In this document: piece by piece, positions 20,238-30,661 of the stretch | How the letters are laid out: every line of letters starts with the position of its first letter | Numbering within the stretch: position 1 is the stretch's first letter | Assembly (NCBI GenBank): GCA_963776355.1 | Contig: CAVZLU010000008.1 | Location: 1,870,151 to 1,934,150, forward strand | DNA: 64,000 nucleotides | Origin: an uncultured Chloroflexia bacterium | Lineage (GTDB): Bacteria; Chloroflexota; Limnocylindria; Limnocylindrales; CSP1-4 | Direction: 5' to 3' | Notes under the pieces: model-generated | The model's database searches: none | Seen by the model: only the letters and a program-made list of their open reading frames with translations | Told to the model about the DNA's origin: nothing | Position numbers and translations under genes: made by a program

Positions 20238-21413
20238 GTGCTGCTCCTCGCCGCGGCCTTCTCGGCCGCCACCATGGTCCTCGCCTGGGTCTACGCCGGC
20301 TACCCCGCCGTCGTCGCGCTGGCGGCGCGGCTGCGACCAGTGCGCCTGGCCGATGACGGCGTTCCTCGTTCCGTGACGATCGCGATCGCGGTCCACAACG
20401 AGGCCCGGAACGTCGGCGGCCGGATCCTCGACGCCCTGGCCCAGGACGGCCCGGGCTGCCGAATCGTCGAGGTCCTCGTCGGCAGCGACGGCTCGACCGA
20501 CGGGACCGACGCCGCCACGAATGCGATCGCCGGCGCGGACGCCCGGGTGCGCCTCCTCACGCTGCCCCGGGCCGGGCAGACGCTGACCCAGCATGCGCTG
20601 TTCGAGGCGGCCCACGGTGACGTCGTCGTCCTCACCGATGCCGAGACCCGGTTCGCCCCGGGTTCCGTGGCGCGCCTCTGCGCGCCGTTCGGGGATGCCC
20701 GGGTCGGGGCGGCGACAGGGCGCCTGGAGTGGCGCGATGAAGGCGCGACCGCCACCTCGCGGAACGAGGGCCTCTACTGGCGGTACGAGCGCCGTGTCCG
20801 CGAGCTCGAGAGCCGCGCCGGCTGGCTGACGGCCGTGACCGGGGCCTTCCTCGCCGTGCGCCGGTCTGCCTACCGGCCGGTCCCGGCGACGGCGTCGATG
20901 GACCATCTCCTGCCGCTCTACGTGCGCGAGCAGGGCGGCCTCATCGTCTACGTGCCGGAGGCCGTCGCGACGGACCGCCCGATCAGCGGCCTCCGCGAGC
21001 AGTTCCGGAGCCGCTCCCGGACCGCCACCCGGGGGATCCGGGCCAATCTCTCGATGGCCGGCCGCCTGGCGCCCTGGCGACGGCCCTCGGCCGCGCTCGC
21101 GATCTGGTCCCACAAGCTGCTCCGCTGGGCCACGCCGCTGCTCCTCGGGATCGCGGCCGTCGCGTCACTCGGCCTCGCCCTGGGTGGCTGGGCACCCGGG
21201 TGGATCGCGCCCGCCCTGGTGATCGTCGGCCTCGGCGCGGCCGGTCTCGCCCACGCCCTGCTCCGCGCCGGCCGCACGCCGCCGCGCCTGGTCGCATTCG
21301 CGCGCGCCTTCACCGTGGTGAACGCCGCCTTCGGCGTGGCCTGGCTCAACGTGCTGCGCCGCCGCCGCATCGAGACGTGGCGCGGCATGGAGTGGGACGC
21401 GACGGGTCGCTGA
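20238..21413 (+). CDS. membrane glycosyltransferase family 2 (processive synthase-like architecture)
   Basis: GTG start. N-terminal TM helix. VTIAIAVHNEARNVGGRILDAL...VLVGSDGSTDGT...VVVLTDAET. C-terminal TM helices (LLRWATPLLLGIAAVASLGLALGGW). Confidence 0.82.
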   Translation: MLLLAAAFSAATMVLAWVYAGYPAVVALAARLRPVRLADDGVPRSVTIAIAVHNEARNVGGRILDALAQDGPGCRIVEVLVGSDGSTDGTDAATNAIAGADARVRLLTLPRAGQTLTQHALFEAAHGDVVVLTDAETRFAPGSVARLCAPFGDARVGAATGRLEWRDEGATATSRNEGLYWRYERRVRELESRAGWLTAVTGAFLAVRRSAYRPVPATASMDHLLPLYVREQGGLIVYVPEAVATDRPISGLREQFRSRSRTATRGIRANLSMAGRLAPWRRPSAALAIWSHKLLRWATPLLLGIAAVASLGLALGGWAPGWIAPALVIVGLGAAGLAHALLRAGRTPPRLVAFARAFTVVNAAFGVAWLNVLRRRRIETWRGMEWDATGR

Positions 21414-21414
21414 G

Positions 21415-22955
21415 TCAGGCGTTCCCGGTGACGGCATCGGCGTCGGCGCCCCCCGGGGAGGGCGGCGCGATCGTGGTCGACACTGGAGCTTCGGATCCCA
21501 CGGGCCATCCCCTCGCTCTTCCCAGGCCCGTCCCGATGATCGTGAACGCCACGGTCGAGACCTGGATGAAGAGGAGCGGGTTGTTGAACGTTGCTGCCAG
21601 GGCCCACCCAATCGCCGCCGCGAGCGTGCCGGCGCCCAGCCACCCCGGCACGCGGCGCAGGACGAGCAGCGTCGCGGCAATCCACATCACCCCGACGAGA
21701 CCGACCACCACCCCCTCTTCGGCGAAGAAGCGCAGCCACTCGTTGTGCGGGGAGTTGAGGACGGCGTCGCCGTAGGCGGCGGCGTGCTGGCCGTACTGGC
21801 CGAAGCCCACGCCGACCAGGGGGTTGTCCGCCCAGATTCCGCTCGCGGCGGCCCACGCGTGGAGGCGGAGGATGTCGCTGGCGACCAGGACGCCGCTCGG
21901 GTCGACCTCGCCGCCTCCCCCACGGCGGCACTGCGAGAGGCCAGGTAGCCGGGCAGGACGACGGCGCCGGCGACCAAGCCGGCGACAAGGAGGCCGATCC
22001 CGAGCCAGCGGCGGATGCGCCAGCAGACCACGACGGCAACGAAGAAGATGCCCAGGAGCGCCGCGCGGCTGTACGTGAGGTACAGCGCCACGGCAAGGGT
22101 CGCGGCGCCAACAGCGGCGAGTGCGCGAACGAGGACCGGGATCGTTCGGCCCAGCACGGCGGCCGCGACGCAGATCGCGAACGGGCCGATCATGAGCGCG
22201 GCCACGCCGTTCGGCGACGAGACCACCCCCGAGAGCCGGGCCTCGAACCGGGTGGGCCGAACCATCCAGTCCAGGAAGGTGCCGCGGATGCTCGTCGGGC
22301 CCAGGAAGTCGGCCAGGCTCACCGCCCCGGCGACGACCCCGGCGACGGTCACCGCGATCAGCGGGCGCAACGATCCCCGATGGGCAGCCCAGGCCGCCGT
22401 CACCAGCACGATCCCCACGGTCGCCGGGCCCACGAACCAGGCGATGAGCGCGTCTCGGGCCGCGGTGTCGTCGGCGCGCGCTGCTACGACCCCCACACCA
22501 AGCAGCGTTCCCGCCACGACCAGCATCGCCAGGGCGATCGGTAGCGACCACGGGAACTCGCGCGGGCGACGGAGCAGGCGCAGGGCAACGCCCACGGCGA
22601 GAGCGCCAACGACGACGGGCTTCGCGCCCAGGTCGCGAGTGAGGACGAAGGGCTCGCTGAAGACGGCCATGACCGCGAAGACGGTCAGGCCGGACGCGGG
22701 GTTGAGGAGCGCGAGGATCGCGGCAGCCGCAACCCAGAGGGCGAGGACTTCTCGCGAGGCATCGACGGTACGGATGGCCACGTAGGCCGCGATGAAGAGG
22801 CTCTCCACGACGATGGGCCACAGCCGTCGCGGCAGCCGCTCGGCGACCGCGTCGCCGAGCGCACGGTAGAGGTCGAGGGGGCCCGGCACCGCCGCGTCGG
22901 CAGGCGTGGAGCCCGTCGTGGGGGGGACGTCCGCTCGCGACGTCAGCGCAGCCAC
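21415..22955 (-). CDS. O-antigen ligase / Wzy_C-family membrane protein, interrupted by a frameshift near 21920
   Basis: The N-terminal 340 codons are in ORF 21687..22955 (LTYSRAALLGIFFVAVVVCW is a Wzy_C-like motif). The C-terminal part is in ORF 21415..22821 (GEVDPSGVLVASDILRLHAWAAASGIWADNPLVGVGFGQYG...NEWLRFFAEEG). The junction lies at a C5/G5 run, 21917..21921. Confidence 0.75.
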
Positions 22956-24007
22956 GTCTTCAGCATCACTCGCAGGAAGCCGACGCCGTAGCGCAGGGTG
23001 CCGCCCTTCTTGCTCGTCCCCGCGGCCCGCCGGCGGATCGTCACGGGGACCTCGGCCACGCGCAGGCCGGCCCGGGCCGCTCCCAGCAGGAGCTCCGGGT
23101 TGTGGAACTGCTCCTCGGTGAAGGCGAGCGCGGGCAGCATGCTGGCGCGGATGGCCCGGTAGCCGTTGGCGACGTCGGAGATGGCGGTGCCGCCCAGGGC
23201 ATTCAGCAGCCGCGTGTAGACGGTGATGCCCGCGTTGCGGGCCGCCGAATCGCCGTCGGACTCGCCGAGCCGCCGCGAGCCAACCACGAAGTCGGCCCGG
23301 TCCTCGAGGATGGGGGCGACCAGCGCCGGCAGCTGCGCCGGGTCGTGCTGGCCGTCGGCGTCCATGGTCACGACCACGTCGGCGCCGACGCGCTCCGCGA
23401 CCAGGTACCCCGCCTGGAGGGCGGCGCCCTGGCCGCTGTTCACGGGGAGGCTGACGACGTGGACGCCGGCGAGGCGCGCGATCTCGGCCGTCCCGTCCCT
23501 CGAGCCGTCATCGACGACGAGGACATGGACCCGCTCCCCGACCGCGGCGGCCGGCACCTCGGCCAGCACGGCCGCCAGGCTCTCCGCCTCGTTGTAGGCG
23601 GGAATGCAGACAATGATCCCGCCCCATCGTTCGCCGGCCGGGGCGACGATCTGGGCGGCGGCAAGCGCCCGGACGAGCCGCCCGACTCGCTGCGAGGCAC
23701 GCTCCGCGCGACCCAGCGCGTAGAGGATGAGGAGGAAGCAGAGCGCGACCGCGACGATCAGCACGGTCACCAGGCGCCCAAGCGGCTCCCCCGAGAGGCC
23801 GAGGATGTCCTGGAGCGGTCGCACCAGGTCGGGGAAGGCCGCCACGACGACAACACCGAGCCCGGCCACGGCTCGAACGACACCCGGGACCCGGCTCCCC
23901 GTGCCCGAGCGCGCCAGCCGCCGGAGGCCGTTCGCGATCAGCAGCGCGCCGACCACCAGGCCGAGGATCCGCAGGAGGCTGATCTCTCCGAACACCTGGA
24001 CGGTCAT
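22943..24007 (-). CDS. glycosyltransferase family 2 fused to an N-terminal DUF2304-like membrane segment (polyprenyl-phosphate sugar synthase-like)
   Basis: ATG 24007 (ATGA overlap with the upstream stop). The N-terminus MTVQVFGEISLLRILGLVVGALLIANGLRRL plus two more helices is followed by IIVCIPAYNEAESLAAVL...VLVVDDGSRDGT...VVTMDADGQHDP. Confidence 0.85.
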   Translation of the reverse strand: MTVQVFGEISLLRILGLVVGALLIANGLRRLARSGTGSRVPGVVRAVAGLGVVVVAAFPDLVRPLQDILGLSGEPLGRLVTVLIVAVALCFLLILYALGRAERASQRVGRLVRALAAAQIVAPAGERWGGIIVCIPAYNEAESLAAVLAEVPAAAVGERVHVLVVDDGSRDGTAEIARLAGVHVVSLPVNSGQGAALQAGYLVAERVGADVVVTMDADGQHDPAQLPALVAPILEDRADFVVGSRRLGESDGDSAARNAGITVYTRLLNALGGTAISDVANGYRAIRASMLPALAFTEEQFHNPELLLGAARAGLRVAEVPVTIRRRAAGTSKKGGTLRYGVGFLRVMLKTWLR

Positions 24008-26140
24008 CCTCCCTCGGTCGTGGGCGCCACGACGGCGTAGAGACGCAGGCGCCCGCCCTCGAACGACCGCACCAGAGTGTAGCCCGCGCTCTGGTCGAGG
24101 GCGGCCACGTTCGTGGTGAACGGCAGGTAGCCGCCGAGGTCCGCGCCCGTTGCGCCGTCGGCCGCGACGAGGAGGTGCGTCACGCGCTCGCGGGCCGCGA
24201 ATCGCCGCGAGCCGGCACCATCGGGATCCTGGAAGAGGGTGCGCGCTCCGAGCACCAGCGCCGTCGACTCGGCGAGGAAGCCGGGGTCCTCGAGGTACAC
24301 CGCCCGACCATCGACGATCCCGGTCCGCCGCGCGATCGCGGCCACGGACCCATCCGTGTATGCGTTGGTCAGGATCCGGGCATCGGGCGGCAGGTTCGCA
24401 TCGATCCACCGGTAGGCGTCGTACCCGGCCACGGTGAGCCCCGGCTCGGGATCGTCATCGAGCTGGATGCCCGGGGCCGGCGCGACCATCGCCGCCGCCA
24501 GGACGAGGAGCGCGAGCGCGGACGCGAGGGCAGCGCCCCGGCGCGGGAGGAGCGCCCGCCAGCCGGGTCGGAGGAACCGGTCGGCGAGGACGAGCAGCAG
24601 GACGGCGGCCACGACGGGCAGCACGAGCTCGTAGGGCAGCAGCCGTCGCGGACCCGTCCGCATCGGGACGTAGGTCTGGGCCACCGCGAACAGGAGGTAG
24701 GCGCCGGCGGCGAGGCTCACCCCGAAGACCACCATGGCGATGGCCGCCCGCCGGCGGCGGGCATCGAGGAAGCGCCACGCCAGGAACGGAGCGGCAACCA
24801 GCGCGGCCAGGACGAGAGAGGAGGCCCGGAAGGCGACCGTCGAGACCGGGCCACACGTGGAGGATCGAGCGCGGGAGGATGCGCCGGTCGGTGAACGACG
24901 CGGGCGGTTCCCGGCCCTGCTGAGCCGGCGCGACGGCCGCCACGTAGAAGTCCCAGGTCGGATCGCTCGTGAACGTCCAGCCCGGGGGGATCTCGTCGGC
25001 GGGGGGCGACGCCGCCGGCTGGCCCGCGAAGCCACCACGGGCAACGTATCCCAGGACCCGGAGCTGGCCGGTCAGGGACCACGAGGCCGTGGCGCCGACG
25101 GCGAGACCTCCCGCGAATACGAGGAGGGCGACCCCAAGCACCGCCACCGCCGGCCGGCGCGCGGGGAGTCGCAGGCCGAGGCGGCCGTTCGACGCCAGGA
25201 GCCGGCCCGCCGCGAGGGCCACCACCCCCGGCCCGAGCAGCAGGAACACCTCGGCGTGAGCGAGCCAGGTCACGGCCGCGGCGATGACTGCGACCGCGGC
25301 GAGGCGCCGGGACCGCTCGACCATCGCCCGGTCGGCGAGCCACAGCGTGAAGAAGGCGAGGGCAAGGGCCCACGTCTCCGGGCGGTAGGCGAGGAACTTG
25401 CCCTCCAGGCGGACCGTGGCGAGCAGCAGGCACGCGCCAAGGATGGCCACCCAGGTCGAGGCGACGCGGCGCAGGAGCAGGGCGGCCGTGGCCAGGGCAG
25501 CACCAAGGAGGGCGAGGCGGTAGGCCTCGAGAACGAGCCGCACGTCGAGATCCGGGAGCAGGGTGAAGGCGGCGGCCGTGTGCGCGGTCACCGGCAGGTA
25601 GTCGGTCTGGAACGGGCGCAGCGTCCCCCACTCCGGCAGGGCCGCGGGAAACCCACCGTGCAGCGCAGTCTCGCGGGCGAGGTTCGCGTAGTACCAGACC
25701 GTGGAGCTGAACGGCAGGAGCGAGTCGCCGACGGCCGCGCGCGACGGGAGCACGACGAGCACCGCGGCGACGGCCACCCCCGCCGCGCCGACAGCAAGCG
25801 CGAGATTCCGCCGCGCACGCGACCGGCGAGCCGTCGGACGAACGGTTCGCGCGGCGGCGCGACGGCGGGCCGGCAGCAGGAACGGGACGAGGGTCACCGC
25901 CCCGAGGACGAGGATCAGCGGCAGCGGCGCCATGAGCCTGGCGGCTGCCAGGACGGTGCACGCGATGGCGGTCACCAGTAGACTGGCGCCGGCCGCCCGC
26001 CCCACCGTCACGATCGGCGATCCCGATCCGGGCGCGAGCACGGGGCCCCACGCAAGACCCGGCAGGACGAACAGGAGGGCCAGGACGACCGCGGCCTGGA
26101 CGAGTTGCCCCCCGGCGGCGAGCGGGTCCGAGGACAGGAT
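24004..26140 (-). CDS. large polytopic membrane protein (GT-C-like glycosyltransferase candidate), frameshift near 24848; start codon unresolved
   Basis: The main body is in the frame of ORF 24455..27982 (LVQAAVVLALLFVLPGLAWGP...WYYANLARETALHGGFP...). The tail is in ORF 24004..25044 (VSTVAFRASSLVLAALVAAPFLAWRF...GYTLVRSFEGGRLRLYAV). There is no ATG/GTG/TTG in frame upstream of the first helix, and a C6 run lies at 26108..26113. Confidence 0.65.
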
Positions 26141-26152
26141 GACGAGCCTCCG

Positions 26153-28273
26153 ATGGGGTCCATGACGTCGAACGGGAGCCGGGCGGTCGAGGCGGCTCCG
26201 CCCGCTCCGCGGCCACGGCCGAGTGTACTTCAGGCGGTGGGATTCGCCGGTCCCCCGGCAGCCCTCCTCGGCCTCATCGCCCTGGCGGCGGTCACGTTCG
26301 GCTTCCGCCTGCTCCTCCCGGCATATCCGGGGGGCGACCTGCTCTATCACGGCGCGCTGGCGCTCGACCTCAACCGGGACGGCTTCCCGATGGAGGGCGC
26401 CTACGCGGGCCTGCCCGCCTACTACCCGCCCGGCTACCACGTCGTGCTCGCCACCATCATCCGGACGCTCGGGGTCCCCCCGATCACGGCCGCGGCGCTC
26501 CTCTTCGTCGTGCTCCTGCCGCTCCTGCCCATCGGGACGTTCCTTCTCGCTCGCCGGCTGACCGGCCGCGGGTGGGTGGCGATCCTCGCGGTCGCCCTCA
26601 CCCTCTTCGGTGGTGGGTATGACCTGAACCCGCTCCGGCAGTGGGTGAACAGCCTCTTCGTGGGCGGACACGCCGCCTACACGTCGTACCCGCGCGACGT
26701 CGTGTTCGCGATCCTCCCGTTCGCTGCCTACGCCTTCGTGCGGGCCCTGGAGCCCGTGGCGAGCGGGCGGCGCTGGCTCGCCTGGGCCGGCGCGGGCGGG
26801 ATCCTCCTGGGCGGGGCGGCGCTCGTCCAGGTCCAGCTCCTCCTTCCGATCCCGGTCGCCTTCGCGGCGGCTGCGCTCGCCGTGGCGGTGCGCGACCCGG
26901 GGCGGCGGACGCAGGCCGTCATCGCCCTGGTCGTCACGGGCGGCATCGCCATCCTCCTCATCGCCCCGTGGCTGGCGGAGACCATCGACGCGATCCGCCG
27001 CAACGGCGGCGTGGCCCTCGACTCCTCGGACCAGCTCGAGCCGGCCCGGTTCGGCTTCTGGAGCTATCCGCGCGAGTTCGGCCTCCTGCTCCCGTTCGGC
27101 ATCCTCGGCGCCGGCGTGAGCCTCCTGTTCCTGCGCCGTCCCGACGGGCCGCGTCCCCTCGGCGAGCCCGGCCCATGGCGGCCCTCGCTGCCTGAGGGCG
27201 GGCTCCTGCTCGCGACCTGGTGGGCGCTCCCGTTCGCCCTCGGAGTCCTCTACGACCCGTCGTGGCCGCTGGAGGACGCGCTGCGGCCGCAGCGCCTCTG
27301 GCTCATTGCTTCCCAGCCGCTCGCCATCCTGGCCGCGATCGGCCTCGCGACCTCCGCGGAGCACGTCCTCCTCCGGCGGCGGCCGGCGGTCGTGGTGCCG
27401 GCGGTGCTCGCCGTCATCCTCGTGGCCGCAATCCCGGCCACCGCGGCGACGGCCCTGGTCGCCGCCCGTTCGTGGACCCGCGACACCTACGCCATGCTCG
27501 ATCGCGCGATCGACCGCGTCCCGCACTTCGATTCGCTGCTGGGCCGCAGCGGCGCGCGGGCGACAGTCCTCGCTCCCGAGGACTGGTCCGCCCTGGCCTG
27601 GTTCGAGACCGGGGAGCCGGTCGTCGCGCTCGTCCCACCCGGCTATGCCAAGCTCGCCTTCGATCCCGCCAACTTCACCGACGCATCGCAGGACCAGCGC
27701 CGAACGGGCCTGGTGGAGGCGTGGTCGGGCGATTCGGCCGCGCTTGCCCGCGTGGCCGACCGGTTCGGGGCGACGCGGATCGTCATCCCCCGCGACGGCG
27801 CCCGGTGGGCCCTCCTCGATGTCGCCGCCGCGGCCGTCCTCCACGCGGGCCAGACGGCCGCCCCGGGAGCCACGATCGTCGAGGGCAATGGGTGGGACGC
27901 CGCGAGCCTGTCGCCGGGCGATCGTCTCCTCATGCCGGCCGGGGTCGCCGGGCCGGTGGACGTCGGGGTTCGGGTCGCCCACGTCGGCGGAGGGGTGGCT
28001 CCGGAGGTGCGGCTCCGGCTCCTCGCCGTCCCGGCGTCCGGCGCCGGCGCCGGACGCCCCCTCGGCGAGATCGTGCTCGCCGCGTCCGACGAGGACTGGC
28101 GGCGCGGTCGGGCGATGGTGGCGCTCGAGCCCGGTGAGCGACTCGCGTTCGAGGCCCTGACGCCCGCGCTCCTCCAGAGCGTCACGGGCTGGCTCCCGCG
28201 GAGCGACCCGCCCCCCGGGTGGCGCGTCGCCGCCGAGACCGACGAGGCGGTCGTGCTCGAGCGGGCTCCGTGA
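26153..28273 (+). CDS. large polytopic membrane protein (GT-C-like glycosyltransferase candidate) with C-terminal extracytoplasmic domain
   Basis: ORF 26105..28273. About 12 TM helices (AALLGLIALAAVTFGFRLLLP; YYPPGYHVVLATIIRTLG; WWALPFALGVLYDPSWP), then a soluble ~250-aa tail. Start candidates are TTG 26105, ATG 26153 and ATG 26162. Confidence 0.75.
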   Translation: MGSMTSNGSRAVEAAPPAPRPRPSVLQAVGFAGPPAALLGLIALAAVTFGFRLLLPAYPGGDLLYHGALALDLNRDGFPMEGAYAGLPAYYPPGYHVVLATIIRTLGVPPITAAALLFVVLLPLLPIGTFLLARRLTGRGWVAILAVALTLFGGGYDLNPLRQWVNSLFVGGHAAYTSYPRDVVFAILPFAAYAFVRALEPVASGRRWLAWAGAGGILLGGAALVQVQLLLPIPVAFAAAALAVAVRDPGRRTQAVIALVVTGGIAILLIAPWLAETIDAIRRNGGVALDSSDQLEPARFGFWSYPREFGLLLPFGILGAGVSLLFLRRPDGPRPLGEPGPWRPSLPEGGLLLATWWALPFALGVLYDPSWPLEDALRPQRLWLIASQPLAILAAIGLATSAEHVLLRRRPAVVVPAVLAVILVAAIPATAATALVAARSWTRDTYAMLDRAIDRVPHFDSLLGRSGARATVLAPEDWSALAWFETGEPVVALVPPGYAKLAFDPANFTDASQDQRRTGLVEAWSGDSAALARVADRFGATRIVIPRDGARWALLDVAAAAVLHAGQTAAPGATIVEGNGWDAASLSPGDRLLMPAGVAGPVDVGVRVAHVGGGVAPEVRLRLLAVPASGAGAGRPLGEIVLAASDEDWRRGRAMVALEPGERLAFEALTPALLQSVTGWLPRSDPPPGWRVAAETDEAVVLERAP

Positions 28274-29346
28274 TCCGCTGGCTCCGCCGCCCGATCGTCT
28301 GGCTCCCGATCTCGGGCGGCCTGCTCGCCTTCGTTGCCTGGCGCTCGCGGGTCTGGGAGGCGGGCTCGATCCTCGGCAAGCCGGAGCCCCTGCCCCTCGC
28401 CATCGCCGTGCTGGTGAACGGTGCCATCGCCGTCCTCTGGGCGGTGCGGTCGGCCGACCTGCTCGCGGCCGCCGGGAGCCCGGTCGGCGTGGCGCCGCTC
28501 GTCCCGATGACCGCGTTCGCGAACACGGTCAACAACCTGACCCCCGGATCGGCAGGTGAGGTCGCGCGGGCGTGGATGCTTCGCGCCCAGCACGGCGTGC
28601 CCTACGCGACGGGCGCCGCGGTGATCGTCATCGAGCGCGTCGTCGCCATCGGCTACCTGGGCGCCAGCGCGGCCATTCTCTGGGTGGCCCAGGCCCGCCA
28701 GCTTCCCGGCCCCCTGGTGGCGGCGCTGCTCGCCCTTCTCGTCGCCCTGCCGGCACTCCTCTATGGGGCGGGCATGCGTCCCGCGGCGCTGGCAGCTCGG
28801 GCACCGCTCGGCCGGCTCGTGGGGGCCGAGCGCTGGGTGCGCGTTGGCGGGGGCCTCGTGCGAATGGACGGCACGATCGCGGCGCTCGTCACGCATCCGC
28901 GACACCTCGGGGTCTTCGCCCTCACCAGCGGCCTGGTCTTCGCCTGTTACGCCGCGCAGCTGTGGCTCGTTGCCGCGTCCGTGGGGATCGCGATCGACCC
29001 GGTCGCCTGCTGGGGCGCCCTCGGGCTCGCGATCGTCGCCGGCGTCCTGTCGCTCCTCCCATTCGGCCTCGGCGCCGCTGACCTCGTGCTGGCGGCGCTC
29101 CTGGTGACGCTCGGCGTGCCGGCGCCCGCGGCCGGGGCCATCGCGTTCGGCTACCGGCTCGTCTCGACACTCCCGCTCGGGCTCCTCGGCGCCGTCTCGT
29201 ACGGGTGGCTCAGCGCCCGGCTGCCGGCGGGCGGGCCGCCGGCGCTGATGGCCGCCGCCCGCGCCGAGATGACTGCCAGCGCGGCGGCCGCGACGGCCGG
29301 CGACCCGGCGGAGGTCACGGCCGATCGGGCGGAAGCAAAGCCGTGA
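28270..29346 (+). CDS. UPF0104 / lysylphosphatidylglycerol-synthase-TM-like (flippase-like) membrane protein
   Basis: GTGA overlap with the previous stop. TAFANTVNNLTPGSAGEVARAWML and GLAIVAGVLSLLPFGLGAADLVLAALL are typical of the family. Confidence 0.72.
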   Translation: MIRWLRRPIVWLPISGGLLAFVAWRSRVWEAGSILGKPEPLPLAIAVLVNGAIAVLWAVRSADLLAAAGSPVGVAPLVPMTAFANTVNNLTPGSAGEVARAWMLRAQHGVPYATGAAVIVIERVVAIGYLGASAAILWVAQARQLPGPLVAALLALLVALPALLYGAGMRPAALAARAPLGRLVGAERWVRVGGGLVRMDGTIAALVTHPRHLGVFALTSGLVFACYAAQLWLVAASVGIAIDPVACWGALGLAIVAGVLSLLPFGLGAADLVLAALLVTLGVPAPAAGAIAFGYRLVSTLPLGLLGAVSYGWLSARLPAGGPPALMAAARAEMTASAAAATAGDPAEVTADRAEAKP

Positions 29347-30632
29347 GCCCGGAGGCGCTGCTGGCGGCAGCGGCGGTGGCGGTCGCGCTGGCGGCCGGGG
29401 TCATGCTCGTGCTCCCGGCCGTCCGCCGGACGGGGCTCGGGATCGTCCATCCGGCGCTGGCGTGGCTGGCGTTGCACGCCATCTTCTTCGGCGTGGGCGC
29501 CGCGCTGCTGGCGACGGCCGGCGCCATCGCCCCGGGGCCCGCCTGGTACACGGCCGCCGCGGCGGTCGCGACGGGCCTCGGCGTCGCGGCCTCGGACCGC
29601 GTCGCGGCTCGTCGCGGGGCGGAGCCGTACGATCCTCAGCTGCCCATCCGACGAGGCACGCCGGACCCGGCGCCGGTCCGGACGATCGTCGTCGTGGCGC
29701 TGCTCCTTCTCGCCCTGGCCGCGATCGCCCCGGTCCTGGTGGCCGGCGGCCTCCCGCTCCTTGCCGACGATCCGACAGGCGCCCGGACCGAGCTCGCCGG
29801 CATCCTGCTCCAGCCGCTGCGGATCGCGCTGCCGGCCGCTGCCGTCGTTGCGCTGCTGGCCGCCGCCCGGACGCCGTCCCGGCTCCGGGTCATTGCCGCC
29901 GCCGCGGGGACCGGGCTCGCCGTTGTCTTCACGATCCTGCTCGCCAGCCGCTACCTGGCGGCAGAGCTCGCCGCCGCCCTCCTGGTCGCCTGGCTCGTCG
30001 CCGGCCGCCGCATCCCGGCGCGGGTGGTCGCCGCCGTCGCGGTCACGGCCCTGCTCGCGTTCGGGGCCGTCCAGGTGGTGCGTGCCCCCGAGCTGTCAAG
30101 CGGCCGCGAGCTGGTGTTTGCCGTCGAGCGGACCGTCTCCCGGGTGCTGTTCGCCCAGCCCCGGACCCTCGACGGGCTCATGGAGGTCATCCCGGCCGAG
30201 ACACCCTACTTCGGCGGGCTCACCTGGCTCCGACGGCTGGGGCCGGCGCTCGGGCGCGAGGACGTCCCGAACCTCGGCTACTGGATCTACCCGCGGGTCT
30301 TCCCCGGCCAGGACCCGGGGATCCGGGGCTACGCGGCGCCGGGCCTGGTCGGCGAGGCATGGGCGAACTTCGGGGCGCTCGGCCTTGCGATCTTCCTGGC
30401 CCTGGGCGTCGTCCTGGAGCGTCTCGGCGCGCTCATTGCTAGGAAGAGGACGGGAAGCGGCGACGTGGTGGCGGGCTCGCTGGCGATCGTCGTCCTGGCC
30501 CGCACCCACGCCCTGGGCCTCAACGGGGCGGTCGTGCTGCTCGTCCTCGTCGCGGGCTGGCGCCTCCTGGCGGCCGGCGGCACCAGGGCCCTCGCAGCCG
30601 ACGCCGCCCGGGTCGCGCGCTGGCGGACGTGA
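29343..30632 (+). CDS. polytopic membrane protein, O-antigen polymerase (Wzy)-like
   Basis: GTGA overlap with the previous stop. About 10 TM helices with a central loop, YFGGLTWLRRLGPALGREDVPNLGYWIYPRVFPG...GYAAPGLVGEAWANFG. The function is inferred from topology and context only. Confidence 0.6.
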   Translation: MSPEALLAAAAVAVALAAGVMLVLPAVRRTGLGIVHPALAWLALHAIFFGVGAALLATAGAIAPGPAWYTAAAAVATGLGVAASDRVAARRGAEPYDPQLPIRRGTPDPAPVRTIVVVALLLLALAAIAPVLVAGGLPLLADDPTGARTELAGILLQPLRIALPAAAVVALLAAARTPSRLRVIAAAAGTGLAVVFTILLASRYLAAELAAALLVAWLVAGRRIPARVVAAVAVTALLAFGAVQVVRAPELSSGRELVFAVERTVSRVLFAQPRTLDGLMEVIPAETPYFGGLTWLRRLGPALGREDVPNLGYWIYPRVFPGQDPGIRGYAAPGLVGEAWANFGALGLAIFLALGVVLERLGALIARKRTGSGDVVAGSLAIVVLARTHALGLNGAVVLLVLVAGWRLLAAGGTRALAADAARVARWRT

Positions 30633-30661
30633 GCCGGGGCTGCGGGCGGGCGGGAGCCCGG

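Noticed and set aside
26200-27982. Upstream 600 codons of the 1175-aa minus ORF 24455..27982
   Set aside because: It is antisense to the well-formed plus-strand polytopic protein 26153..28273. Composition is Arg/Gly/Glu/Asp/Pro shadow with no TM pattern.
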